A stretch of DNA of 62,513 bases from Catajapyx aquilonaris (Eukaryota): positions 1 to 62,513 of the forward strand of contig KZ538555.1 of NCBI GenBank assembly GCA_000934665.2, given 5' to 3'. This document shows positions 37,357 through 50,125 of the stretch, piece by piece. How positions within the stretch are numbered: the first letter of the stretch is position 1; each line of letters opens with the position of its first letter. Below the pieces are notes generated by a model. That model searched no databases. It was not told the origin of the DNA and saw only the letters and a program-made list of their open reading frames with translations. The position numbers and the translations under genes were made by a program.

Positions 37357-38451
37357 CAGGGTGGGGCAAAAGTCATGGGCGGATTAAAACGACGCAGCAT
37401 GGCGTAAGTAACGAACAATTGGGGAGGTGTAGATGGTCGAGATGGTAACGTCTTGGCTTGCTGAGTGAAAGGCCCCAGGTTCGATCCCCACCTGGGGAAC
37501 TTTCCTTTCACCTGCATCAGGAGGGTCTCTGACCTGCACCTTGGAGGTGTCTGGCAACCTAACCTCTTGGGGAACAGCACATGACCCCTTTACAGCACTT
37601 GCACTCATGTTCCCTCCCCAGAAAATCCCCATCCCTACCCCATGTCCTTTCATCCTTGCACAGGAGTTAGAAGAAAAATCATTTAAATTGAAGGAAAAAT
37701 GGTGGTATTCCACCCCCCTATAAGGGCCTCTGGCCCTATCACGGGGTAACGTAAAAAAAAAAAGTAACGAACAATTACATTAAAAAAAATTACACTGCAC
37801 AGAGAAAGATATGCCATTTATGTATCAAGGTCCAAAAAAGTCACTTCTTGAAAACAACACTGGATAGAGTCCACCTTTGCGGGCAACACATTATTCCTCC
37901 AGGCGCCGGATGAAACCCTTCATAACGCATTCCAGCATGTCCACCAGGGAAATGTTTCTCATGGCGTGTCTTATCTGATCGTTAAGATCAGCCAATGACT
38001 GAGGACGTGTGGCGAACACCAAACTCTTCAGGTACCCCCACAATAAGAAGTCGGGGGTGGTCAAATCCAGCGACCGCGACGGCCAAGGAATGTCCCCAAA
38101 TCTCGAAATGACCCTCCCAGGAAACACTTGACTTTTAATTTGTTGGGTGTTCACCACACATCCTCAGTCATTGGCTGATCTTATGGATCAGATAAGACAC
38201 GCCATGAAAAACATTCCCTTGGACATGCTGGAGCGCGTTACGAAGGGTTTCGTCAGGCATTTGGAGGAATATGTGTTGCCCGCAGAGGTGGACGTCTATC
38301 CGGTGTTGTTTTCAAGAAGTGACTTTTTTGGACCTTGATACATAAATGGCACATCTTTATCTGTGTAGTGTAATTTTTTTTAAATATAATTGTTCGTTAC
38401 TTACGCCATGCTGCGTCGTTTTAATCCGCCCATGACTTTTGCCCCACCCTG
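37357..38451. mobile_element. Tc1/mariner fold-back derivative made of two transposase 3' ends
   Basis: TA-flanked TIR CAGGGTGGGGCAAAAGTCATGGG; WPSRSLDLTTPDFLLWGYLKS on minus; PQSLADL.DQIRHAM present on both strands. Confidence 0.88.
37421..37761 (+). mobile_element. SINE family A
   Basis: 15-bp TSD AAGTAACGAACAATT at 37406 and 37762. Confidence 0.9.
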
Positions 38452-40950
38452 TATTATATCTTTGATATTAAAATCCTTGTTTATATTTTAAAATCTTGGT
38501 GGCTCTCACACATAGATGTCCACTAACAGTTCCAAATGTGTCATCTTTAGAAACAGTGAAGAAAAAAAACATGTAACAACCTATCCCATTTCTACCAAAT
38601 CTGACACAGACCACTTTGTTCCGGAGCTCCTCGTTTATTGGCCCATCCTTGATGTTAGAGTCATAGGAGACCAGCTCTAACTTCACAAATGTGAGTTGCA
38701 GCAAAAGTCATTCCTCATGTATTGTTTATTTGAACAACTAAACATATAGTGACAAACCATGTTGTTTTGCAGCTCTGCCCAAGTTCTATTGGATGTGATA
38801 AAAGAATGACTTTTGTTACAACCCATGTAGTTAGGCTAACATGTGGGGGGAAATTCTGGCAGCTGGGAAATGGCCACCCTCTCTGTACTACTCACCAAGA
38901 ACAAGTTTTCCTAGATAGTTATAACATCCTGTAACCACATGGGTGTCTTCAAGGGGGAAGTGCTTACATGATTAAACTTCAAATTTGTGTGTTTATTTCC
39001 CTTGTTTGTGGCCCCTGTTGTTTTTTGTTTCTTGAGCAGTCATGCTTGAATGCAACAGAATTTCCTTCTGGTTTACGTCCATTTTGTGGTCCTATTGGCC
39101 ATCACTGTTGCTCACTGCTAGGCACCTCTCAAGGCCTTATGGTTTGGGGAGAACATGGAGCTCTGCCCTGGGGCTGCCACATCCTCAGGGCCCTGATAGT
39201 GGCTGGAGAAATCCAGCATGAACTTGTATTTGCAACAGGCATAGATTATGTCAATGAGCAATGTATTTGGCCATCTTGATGCAGGGATCTTGCTCACTTT
39301 CTGCATTATTTTAAACTTTTTCTGTCAGTAGAAATGAGGTACTGTAAGTATCCTGTTTGGTATGCCATCTACCAGATTATGGAGGATCCATTAACTACTA
39401 CTCTCCCACTTAAGGATCCACATTGGATAAGCCATTGTAGGTGGGCCAAGCGGCACGAGCCGCAGGCCGACCCTGGACTAAATAAAAGCATACAAACAAC
39501 AAAACAACAATACACAATGGCTCCCCAAGTTTAAAAGAGCCAACTTTGATGATCATGATCTAATACATGGGAAGTCAATGTAGCACGCTGCAGCAGGCAA
39601 GATTTGACATGGTTTGGTGGATAACATTGATGGGGCCATAAGTTCCAGTTTTGTGAAATAAATATACAGGGTGTAGGCTGTAATTTGGGACAGACTTCTA
39701 GGGGTAATGGAGGGGACCAAGACAAGTATCTACAGGGGGTTCATAGACGAGGAACAGGTGCTCTCAGGAGTGTCACGCGAGAGGTACTAAACAAGTGGAC
39801 TGTTTAGTTGCTAGGGCGCGATGCGCAGGGTGTAAGCCACCGTGGTGTAAGCTGTAATATTATTCGGGACAGACTTCTAGGGTGTGTAGGGGCCGCCTAG
39901 AGATGCAATTATTTGAGATAGGACACCCATGGTCGGAAACCCACCCCAAAGGAGCTGGAGGTCCTCCAAGGATTCTGCACATGCACTTCGCAAGTAGGCA
40001 ACTCAACACACACCGCAGTGGGGTCGTTGGAGGTATTCAACAGCACTATCAACATTCCAATTCAAAATGAAACAAGAAATCAGTGCTGCAGATCATAATG
40101 TTAAGTTTAAAACACACAGCAGAGTTGGAAAATAAAATGGGAAACCTTTAGTAGAAACACACCCCTCAGAGAAGGTGTTCGAAGTGCCCACCACCTTGAC
40201 GAATGCACTCTGTGCGACATCTGGCGATTTCCTCCGTTACTCCAGCACGCAAGCGCAGCTCATTCCTAACGTCACTGGCAACCACAATCCGTTCCACCAG
40301 GTCCATCTCTGTCTCAACAGGTGTACCTCACTTGAGGTAGACAAGGTTCTTCATTCCGCCTAAGAAGTAAAAATCCAATGGGTTAAGATCTGGCGATCTT
40401 GCAGGCCATGCTATGGGCCCTCCTCTCCCAATCCTCCTTTCTCCTACTCCTGGTGGAGGTACTCCTGCACAATGATATTGTAGTGGCCCGGTGCCCCCAT
40501 GCTGCAGCCACATTGTGCGGCGAAGTCCAATGGGGACAGCTTGAAGCAGGTCCAGCAGGGTTTCTTGTAAGAAGATGTGGTACATCAAACAGTCCAAGCG
40601 TGGCGGCAACATGTAGGGACTAATGAGATGCCTTCCTTCAATACCTGCCCAGATGTTTACCAAAAACCTTTCTTGTCAGCACAGAATCACCTTGGTATGG
40701 GGATTCTTCTTAGCCCACACATGGTTGTTTCAGGAATTACATATGGCTTCTCTTGTCAGTGTGGCCTCGTCTGATGACCTGGTATGGGAAGTCAGGGTGT
40801 TGTTTGGCGTGCTCTAAGTACCAATTGCAGAATTTTACCCGGGCCAGATAGTCTGCTGGCCTCAGATGTTGGACCTTTTGCGGCTTGTACGGGTAGAGCA
40901 GTTCTTCTTGCAACACTTTCCAAACAGTAGTGTAGTGGCATTGAACATTA

Positions 40951-41140
40951 GCACCAAAGCAGTTTGGTGGAGTGGATAAGGTGTTCGACTGCTAATCGGG
41001 AGGTCCTGGGTTCGAGTCTCAGGGCCGGCAATCCTGACCGTGGTTTTCTGTGGTTTCCCACGGTCCCCCCAGGAGAATTCCAGGATTGCTTCCTAAATAA
41101 TAGGCCACAGCCGCTTCCTTCCATCCCTATCCTATCCCAA
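40951..41140 (+). mobile_element. Lm1/Talua-like tRNA SINE
   Basis: TGGTGGAGTGG A box, GGTTCGAGTC B box, then CCTGACCGTGGTTTTCTGTGGTTTCCC...AGGCCACAGCCGCTTCCTTCC typical of insect SINEs; family name from recollection. Confidence 0.7.
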
Positions 41141-41166
41141 AAAGCAAAGTAAAAAAAAATGAAAGC

Positions 41167-41540
41167 GGGGAGGTGCAGATGGCCGAGATGGTAACTTCTC
41201 GGCTTGCTGAGTGAAAGGCCCCAGGTTCGATCCCCGCCTGGGGAGTTTCCTTTCACCTGCGTCAGGAGCGACGGTCAGGAGGGTCTCTGACCTGCACCTT
41301 GGAGGTGTCTGACAACCTAACCTCCTGGGGAACAGCACATGACCCCTTTACAGACCTTGCACTTGCACCCCACATTCCCTCCTCAAAAAATCCCTATCCT
41401 TACCCATGTCCCTGTCTCCTTGCACCGGTGAGCGAAGAAAAAATAGTACACAGTTACTAGAGAACTGATGGTGGTGTGCCACCCCCCTAAAAAGGCTCTG
41501 CCTTATCATGGGGTAACCTAAGTAAATAAATTTAAAAAAA
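41167..41540 (+). mobile_element. SINE family A
   Basis: Full-length copy homologous to 19574 and 37421. Confidence 0.88.
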
Positions 41541-42375
41541 ATTAAAGCAAAGAGTTCCAGTCAAAACAAAATTGGGATGAACTCCCCCCCCCTAAAGAGC
41601 CGCCGGCTGATAACAGGCTATGAATTTATTTATTTTATTGAACATTAGCTGCAACCTGCCGTGTGCTCATTGAGCGTTCTCTTGCAACCCTATCCTGAAT
41701 GTCCTCCTCAAACTTGGGTGTACCCCTCTCCTGTTGATGTCCCTAACAATATTAATGCCATTAGTTTAGATGCGTACCACCTGACAGTCATGACATCACA
41801 GAATGCACGAAGGACATACTGTACCTTGACTGACACAGTACCTTGACCCCACTGCGGTGTGTGTTGAGTTGCCTACTTGCGAAGTGCATGTGCAGAATCC
41901 TTGAAGGACCTCTAGCTCCTTTGGGGTGGGTTTCCGACCATGGGTGTCCTATCTCAATTAATTGCATCTCTAGGCGGCCCCTACTCACCCTAGAAGTCTT
42001 GTCCCAAATAATATTACAGCTTACACCACGGTGGCTTACACCCTGCACATCGCGCCACTGTTTACTATCCACGCGCGCCCTAGCAACTAAACGGTCCACT
42101 TGTTTAGTACCTCCCGCGTGACACTTCTGAGCACACCTGTTCCTTGTCTATGAACCCCTCTAGATGGCGTTTCCGGACACAGGTTCCTATGTGAAAAATA
42201 CTTGTCTTGGTCCCCTCTATTATCCCTAGAAGTCTGTCCCAAATTACAGCCTACACCCTATATATAGTGGCCTTTTGATTTTCCTTTGATATGGAACCTA
42301 CCAATTTTAAGCCTTGCCACTGTATATTTATTTCATTGCAAAAATTAAATCTAAACATAAAAATCCTTTGCATCC

Positions 42376-42730
42376 TTAATCCTTAACTTTACCCACTGGC
42401 AAGGGCACATCAAACACTATTGGTGGGTTAGCTGGTCTATAGTTAATATCACACGTGGATGCATTGACATAGATTACTTTCCCATCTGTGGTTACTCCAT
42501 ACCCCTCGTGTATGTGCCCAAACACATGGTACCGTGGCTTCACCCGCTGCTGGATGGTGGAGAGCAGTTCCACACACCCTGCCCTCACACCAGTCACACA
42601 CAAGTCACCATGACCTACAGGAGGAGTGTGGGTTACCAGTATGTGAGTGTTGTCTGGTATGAGGTTCCACTTGGAAAGACAAGGCTCGCCTCGAGTGAGG
42701 TTAAAGGCCCATCCACAGTGGACGGGTTGC
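42376..42730 (-). CDS. MPPED1: MPPED coding exon 4 (stop)
   Basis: QPVHCGWAFNLTRGE...LVTHTPPVGHGD...VGHIHE-type motif (VFGHIHEGYG)...NPPIVFDVPLPVGKVKD*; total 870 nt = 289 aa; AATAAA (minus) at 42327-42332. Confidence 0.95.
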
Positions 42731-43482
42731 CTGAAAGGGTAATTTAGAATCAGCTTTTTCATCCTGCCTATTATCATAATAGGGTTCTAGACAAAACGAG
42801 GAAAATCACTGTTAAAAAAATCAGCCCTGCTCAATAAGCAGAAAGAACAAGTCCAAATGAACTCTAAATTTTCCATGAGAAGCAGTCAAAAATGGCAAAA
42901 TGGGATGCCTCTACTAACCCCTTCACTACCAGATCTACTTGCCATCACCTAGTTTTTCACCTACGCGTACTGTCAAGATATGGACAAGATATTTTACACA
43001 AAATAACAGCTATACTTAGACGTTCATGGAAAATTCTATTAACATGTTTGTGACAATTCTCCTCATCTAGAAGTCCCTAAATTAATTTCCAAAAATCATC
43101 CAGAAGTGCCTCGTATGGATGACACAGGGAATCCAGATCGTGGGTTACAGTGTTTCAGTAAAAACACAAAAGGGCTTCATAAAGTAACTGCTAATGTATT
43201 AGTAATGACTGTGCTTTGTAAACAATGCTTAGATACATGGATGTCTTCAGCACTGTCATTTTGTCTCAAAAAACAGTTCTTGATGGAATTGACCCCACCA
43301 ATTTCCCAGAATATTTATTGCTGCAAATCTGTTGTTCGAAGTGTAACAAGTGCATGAGATGATTAATTCAAGGATCTAGAGCAAATGAAAGAAACATTAC
43401 ACATAGACAAAGGCTCTAGAACCCCATTATAAAGAGAGAGTGTAGAAAATAATCTTTGACATGTCTGACAAATTATACTTAC

Positions 43483-43723
43483 CATGGACTACCGTAAATA
43501 TTGATCCCATACAAAGTGATCCCTGAGTCTTGCAGGTACACACAATCCTTGAGCTCTTCCCTAACCTGTGGTGCTTCAAAAGCAGAGTAAATCTCCTCCT
43601 CTGGAAGCCCCAGAGTAGGAATATTCAGCCCCGTTCTTGTTCCTTTCAAATGGGTGAAGGCAGGATCGAAACTCAGCTCATGGTTGCCAGCAATGACTAT
43701 CTTGTGCCGGTGAGGAAGACAAC
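43483..43723 (-). CDS. MPPED1: MPPED coding exon 3
   Basis: LPHRHKIVIAGNHELSFD...CVYLQDSGITLYGINIYGSPW (GNHE motif); CAG acceptor, GTAAGT donor. Confidence 0.94.
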
Positions 43724-44245
43724 CTGTTAAAATAATTTATATCATTATATACTAGCTACATGAGTTCAGTACCTTGACTCCTTTCAGACAGGCCCCTTTT
43801 CGAGAAGTGATGGTTACATGCTGGTATGATATCATTGACTTAAGAGAATAGAGTGTGCTCAACGGCAATGTCTCAGGCAGATCAACAATGCTATGAAAGT
43901 TCAAGACACAGCTGATAAATTATCTCTCTCTCTGGCTTCGAACGTCAAAGTGTTCCTACGGGTACAAATGGGTAATAATTAACTTCAGCTTTTTTTTTCT
44001 CTGTCCATTATTAAAATGCCTTTTAAATTTATGTCAATGGTGTATCTTATGGTTCCTTCTGACCAGGTGGGCATAACATGACTGGAAAATCTCCAAGGAA
44101 TCTACCACAGGTTCAGAAAGAATGTCCTACCAGAAGACTTTAGCAGGGCCCACCCTGTTAGTGACACATGGCCTGCAGGCAACAAATCCCTATGAGATTT
44201 GTTTCACATGCAACCAGAGCGTAAATTAATGTGAAGCTTACTAAC

Positions 44246-44390
44246 TTAACCAATTGCTAAAGTCGATCACTTCCTGTAGTTGGCCACATCTGGTGAAGTC
44301 CCCAGCATGGATGAAAACATCTCCATTTGGAATAGATAAAGTCATTCTTGAAGTCAGTGAGTGGGTGTCACTCATACACACAAACCTAAC
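44246..44390 (-). CDS. MPPED1: MPPED coding exon 2
   Basis: VRFVCMSDTHSL...IPNGDVFIHAGDFTRCG (motifs DxH and GD); CAG acceptor, GTTAGT donor. Confidence 0.94.
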
Positions 44391-44880
44391 CTGAAATGAT
44401 ATTTTTGTAAGAATTTGTCACACGTCACTTAATACCACTGCCATAAAGATCTTGCTAATCTTTACATTATGGAACAATCAAAGGTGCCTATCAAACATGA
44501 AAATTTTTTCTTGAAAAGCGTAGGCTTTTCACGAACAAATTACAACTAAGGTAGGTGCCCCAGTGATGGACCCGTTAAGGAAAAAAATTCACGTCGGACA
44601 CTCTATGCAGGGGAATTAGTGTAAGACATCCTGGAAAAAAATATAGTTCGAATCGTGGAAACTTGCTCTTTCATCCAGTGCATATTCGTGCCACATTTAA
44701 CAGGTTAGTTTTGCATAAAGAATTTTTGTAATAAAAGCAGACATGTGCTTGTCTCCTATCCAAGCAGAAATTAAACTAGTGCTTATACAGTGAAACATGT
44801 CTACAGCGGAGTCACTCTATTCTGTAAAAATTTAGCTGTAACTTTTGTTCATACAACCAGGCCAAAGTGGTGCAACATAC

Positions 44881-45009
44881 CATGTTTTCAGGAACAGGAC
44901 CATTTGGCTGTGTGACCTGGATCTTCATGACCTTCTGGGTGGTCTTTAGCTGTTTCCATGCCTGTGTTGGATTGTTGGTCATGGGATGAACAGTTATAAC
45001 GCCTGACAT
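44881..45009 (-). CDS. MPPED1: Metallophosphoesterase domain-containing protein (MPPED1/2 family) coding exon 1
   Basis: MSGVITVHPMTNNPTQAWKQLKTTQKV...; the NPTQAW motif is typical of MPPED; GTATGT donor. Confidence 0.88.
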
Positions 45010-45215
45010 GTTGCTTCAAAATAAATCCACTAACATTGGCATGCAACTCTGGCAGGTCGGCGTTTGTGATAGCACATCTCATTCCTAAATCGTGCGCAGG
45101 TGGTTCCAGTGTGACCTATTGCATGCCGCAAGATTCAGACCGTTTCAGACAGAGGAACCATTTCAGGAAATTCCCGATAGTATCCTATCATGAAATCATG
45201 TAGTTACAATTAGTA

Positions 45216-45556
45216 CAGTTGAATCAAAGTATTATGATCTCATTTCTACCTTCAATACAGGAAATCATATCTTGTTGTTGTGTGACAAGATGCATGACAT
45301 CAGTAATGCACGTTGTAATATAATTTGCACGTACATTATAATTGAATAAGCGATATCAAGAGCTAATGGCGATATGTAATTAACTTAATCGAAATACGTG
45401 GGTATCTCAAAACCATGGCCGAAGAGGTTCGTCAATATTTCTCATATACTTTTTGCACAGATTTGAATTAATTGATCGCATTTTGTTAATTAACCGATCA
45501 TAATGTTTTCGTGTTAGGAATTTCAAACTGGGGTCATAATATCTTGATTTTAACTG
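45216..45556. mobile_element. TA-flanked MITE
   Basis: TA|CAGTTGAATCAAAGTATTATGA...TCATAATATCTTGATTTTAACTG|TA. Confidence 0.7.
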
Positions 45557-46731
45557 TACCTTTGGAAAATGGCTGAAAAGGGGCGCTGAAATCTCATGGC
45601 GTAAATGAAGCTGCCATGGCGATCATTACGCGTACACTTTCAGACTAGCGCCTCTGGCGACGGATTTCGAAAGCTGCTCCCCGCCGACAATGCAAAATCA
45701 AGGCCTCTGTCCCCATTGCACGCAATTCAGTAAATTCGGATTGAAAAGCTCTGATTTGACGAATGAATGTGAAAAGGTACATACACTGTTGCAAGATCCA
45801 AATATGCAAATTACTCCTAATTTACGAGGCTATAAATCTCACAGTTATGTGTGACCTTTTATAGAAATGTGCTGGTCAGCACTCAGTAATAATTCACTGA
45901 GAGTATTACCCAATTACAGGTAACAAACAATTCGTTCGCCAATTATTAGCACATTTGGAAGTCTCATTGATTTATTGACATGTAACTGTACGTAATAAGG
46001 CATGGGTTGCGCAAAAATTCTACCGATACCTACTGCTGTGACATATATATCACAACACATAGGCAAGTTGCCTTTCGGGACTGGCTAGGGAGCATTTGGA
46101 CATGACAGATAATCACTAACTGTAAGTAGTATATCGAGCCAGTATTTTGTCATGGTCAGTGCTTCATATCCCGCCAATCGTAGAGGACTCTAGCTGATTC
46201 TACGTATCGTCACAGCGTACTTGCGATCTGGTACGTATGTACGTCACACATTCCTTGAGTTGTTTGGCGCCATCTGTCGGTATAATTTGTAATCCGTTTC
46301 CCAACGTCTATAGCTATTTTTCAGATTAATAGTTATTGGCAGCTGCTTTGGACATTACCATACTTAGTTCAGTGAATAATTGTTATGCTGTTCAGGATTG
46401 GGCCCAGGATTGTCTGATTAATTTTGCCCCTGAATGTCCATATAAGTGTTCCTGCTAATTAAGCCTGATTGAATATGGCAATATGAGCAGAACCAAGAGC
46501 TAATGGGCAGAACAGAAAAACTGAAGGTGCACTCCCCATGTGCAACTGCCCTCTCTATACCTTACACTTCCCTTCAGCCAACGGAACTTGTGGATGTACG
46601 TATGTTTTCTGCTGATATTTGAGGGGGTGAAAATCAAAAACCCACAGCTCCAGAAAATAAGAAAAATGAGTTAGCGCCGGAAATGCATTCCTCGTCCATG
46701 CCATGGACTACATAATACCTGAATATGGTAT

Positions 46732-47194
46732 TGTGACCATAGCAGAGGGTGCTTTAAGCAAACAGAGGCTTACATGTGGTCTGAGTATTTATTCACTGCG
46801 GAAAAGGAGAGAGGGAAAACTTAGGAGAGGTAAGGTTGCGACCAGAGGCATGCCAACAGTATATGGCAGCCAGAGGTCCTGCCAGTGGTCTCCCTGGCAG
46901 GGGAAAACCCAAGGCCCTGACCAGTGGACTCCCCCCTGGTAGGGGAAGACCCAAAGGCCCTCGACCCCCCAGCCAGGATATATTCTCCTGGACTGGAAAG
47001 GCCACGAATGACAGGCTCCCAGGGCTTATATATATATAGTCACAGATAACCTCAAAGCATGATGGGACTTTCTACAACAACCAATCAGAGCAGAATCAGA
47101 GATTGACACATTCAAGGTGTTGTAAGATGAGGGGGAGGAGCGTACACGTCATTCATGGGTGGAAAAAAAGTTAAATGGGGCTGGTTCTGTCACA
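46732..47194 (-). mobile_element. Solo LTR (Gypsy-like)
   Basis: TGTGAC...GTCACA termini; 4-bp TSD GTAT at 46728 and 47195; on minus, CCAAT element (47081), TATA run (about 47027-47038), AATAAA (about 46787-46792) in LTR order. Confidence 0.85.
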
Positions 47195-47212
47195 GTATCA
47201 AAAACCCTACAT

Positions 47213-47455
47213 ATGTATCAACAGTCCAAAAAGAATTGTCCCTCGCGTCGAGCGGGCAGCCACGCGTCAGGATGAAAGCAACCAGTTAACGGGTTCCTTC
47301 AGGATGAAAGGAACCGGTTAACTGGCGTCAGGATGAAAGCAACCAGTTAACTGGTTCCTTCAGGATGAAAGCAACCAGTTAACTGGTTGCTTTCATCCTG
47401 ACGCGTGGCTGCCCGCTCGACGCGAGGGACAATTCTTTTTGAACTGTTGATACAT
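47213..47455. mobile_element. Palindromic MITE with internal tandem repeats
   Basis: About 75-bp near-perfect arms; four copies of TCAGGATGAAAG.AACC.GTTAAC.GG. Confidence 0.85.
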
Positions 47456-47624
47456 GGGAATAGCCGCTACATTCAGGTATCTACGTTGACATATACGGCG
47501 AAACTGTAGGTTTTTCTCGTTTTCTCCGTTACGTTTATGACGGAGCTGTCAGTTTTTGATTTTAACCCCCTCATTTGTGAGATGCTGGTAATAAGGCTGA
47601 AACACATGATATATGATAGCACTC

Positions 47625-47969
47625 GGGGGAGGTGTGGTGGCCGTGATGGTAACGTCACGGCTTGCTGAGCGAAAGGCCCCAGGTTCGATCCCCGCCTGGG
47701 GAACTTTCCTTTCGCCTGTGTCAGGAGGGTCTCTGACCTGCACCAAGGAGGTGTCTGGCAACCTAACCTCCTGGGGGACAGCACATGACCCAGTTGTAGA
47801 CATTGCACTTGCACCTACGTTCCCTCCCCAAAAATCCCTTCCCCTACCCGACATCCTTGACTCCTTGCACCGGTGTATGAAGAAAAGTGTAATACACATA
47901 GAAAACTGATGGTGGTGAGCCACCCCCCTATAGGGCTTAGGCCCACAACGGGGTACATAATAAATATAA

Positions 47970-47997
<28 letters not shown>
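47625..47997 (+). mobile_element. SINE family A with A/(TA)n tail
   Basis: TSD ATATATGATAGCACT at 47609 and 47998. Confidence 0.88.
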
Positions 47998-48000
<3 letters not shown>

Positions 48001-48838
48001 TATGATAGCACTGATTCATCCATTTTCACTATTCACTATGCATCACACCTAGTATATATATATATATATTTTTTCAATTCTTAAAATAGATAGAGTGTAC
48101 TACATTATTATATTACCAGTGCATATATAGGCTACATAATAAGCTGTATAGCATATATCACAATAAGCATGATCACTTAAACAACTTAACATGACAACCA
48201 TCTGCCATATCACATAACATTGGTGCCACTTGATTATATGATCCTCTCGTGTCATTTAAGCCACGGGTAAAGGTCTGACTGGTCGGTTCACGGACACCCT
48301 ATATACGTGTATATGATGCAGAATTATTTTAGTTGGAGTGTGAATACTTCTTGTGAAGTTTTGCAAGAGTTTAAATACAGTTCAAAATTTGTACACAATG
48401 AACTCCTATTAAATATGCCTAAATTAATCAATTTAATTAATATGCTTTATGAGAAAATCTTCAGTATAGTTTGTGCTGTCAAAGCTATACGAAGATTTAG
48501 CATGGGAACCACATATGAACGCTTGATATATTGATTTTTAAAGTTCAGGATAATACGGTAGGCCTACGTGTAGTTAGCAAACATTTTCAGCAATGTCATC
48601 CTGACCGTTACATTAAAGATGGGCTGGACACTAAGCAAGTCATGGACAAATATTCAAAATATCTATTGTTCTGTAAATTAAATTTAATGCAAATATGCAA
48701 TATTGCCATTTCTTCATTCGCATATACCCAGGGTTACCGTCAGTCAGTCGTCATTTTTCCTGTCTGCCCGTACATGGAGCCAAGGAGGCCCCGCTATTAG
48801 TAGTGCTACGGGCCCCGCGGATCCTTAAACCGGCCCTG

Positions 48839-49085
48839 TCGGGAGGGTGTCTGACCTGCACCTTGGAGGTGTCTGGCAACCTAACCTCCTGGGGAACAGC
48901 ACATGACTCAAAGCGAAGACATTGCACTTGCACCCATGTTCCCTCCCCAAAAATCCCTCTCCTTTCCCAATGTCCCTGTTTCCTTGCATCGGAGAATGAA
49001 GTTGAAAAATATATAGAAAACTGATGGTGGTGTGCCACCCCCCACCCCCTATAGATCCCGTATGGGACATCACGCTGTAAAACAA
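48839..49085 (+). mobile_element. SINE family A lacking its tRNA head
   Basis: Body starts at TCGGGAGGGTGTCTGACC directly after a hAT-like end CCGGCCCTG. Confidence 0.8.
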
Positions 49086-49097
49086 AATAATTATATA

Positions 49098-49482
49098 CAG
49101 GGTGTTTCCGAGCTATCTTTGCAAACTTCTAGGGGTAATAGAAGGGACCAAGATGACAAACATATTGAATATAGGAACCCTGTCCGAAAACGCCATCTAG
49201 AGGGGGTCAATAGACAAAGAATGGGAGCGTTAAAAGATGTCAGGCAGGAGGCGCTAAGCGAGAGGACTGACAAACTTCTAAGGATAATAGAGGAGACCAA
49301 GACAAACATAGTTCATATAGGAACTCATGTCCGGAAACGCCATATAGAGGCGGGGGTTCATAGACAAGGAACAGGTGTGCTCAGTCGCATTTCTGGACAC
49401 TGGTTCCTATATATAAAATATGTTTGTCTTGGTCCCCTCTATTACCCCTAGAAGTTTGTAAAGATATCTTGGAAACACCCGG
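49098..49482. mobile_element. Tc1/mariner MITE
   Basis: TIR CAGGGTGTTTCC.AG.TATCTTT.CAAACTTCTAGGGGTAATAGA; internal duplication of the subterminal segment. Confidence 0.82.
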
Positions 49483-50125
49483 TATATAGTCTAGTGCCCA
49501 TGTTTCACAGTCTGTTAGATATGGCATAGTGACCGCCATTGGGGTCAGTAATTGTGGCCCCATGTCAGACATGTTCAGAAGTGTGCAAAGACCAATTGTG
49601 GCAAGTTTCATGGTTTTATCACTGATAATGGAAGGTCCTTATTCATGTAAAGGTATGCTGCACCTGTTCAATTTGGCAACCCTGCGAAAATGACCTCCAG
49701 CTGGGGCACACAGCGTGGCCCCACGTCCAAATATGCTCAGAATTGTCCAAAGAATGAGAGTACCGAGTTTCACACTTTTATCACAAAATGCTAAGTTTGG
49801 ACAAAATTGGTTCCCTATTATCACCTGGGATAATTGCCTTTCGCCTTAATGTAGACGATAATAATGTAGGCCATATACAATATGCATCTGGCACTGACTG
49901 TCGTAGTTACAAGTAGCATAAGTTATATAGAATGGAAGGAATGTGACTGAGGACATAATGAATAGAAATAGACTTAAAATAATGCATCATATTTTGATCT
50001 TACTTCTATGATATAACTAAGAGATGCAGCAGCCATGAAACTGAAATATTTATACAGTATGTAATTGTAATAACCCAGAAAACATAATTGGCATAATATA
50101 GTAGACATGTAATAGAGTATTATTA

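Larger units (their letters stand above)
39667..42260 (-). mobile_element. Decayed Tc1/mariner-superfamily transposon with about 350-400 bp TIRs
   Basis: 39667-40023 inverted against 41846-42260; transposase remnant VNIWAGI...WPARSPDLNPLDFYFLGGMKNLVY on minus. Confidence 0.88.
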
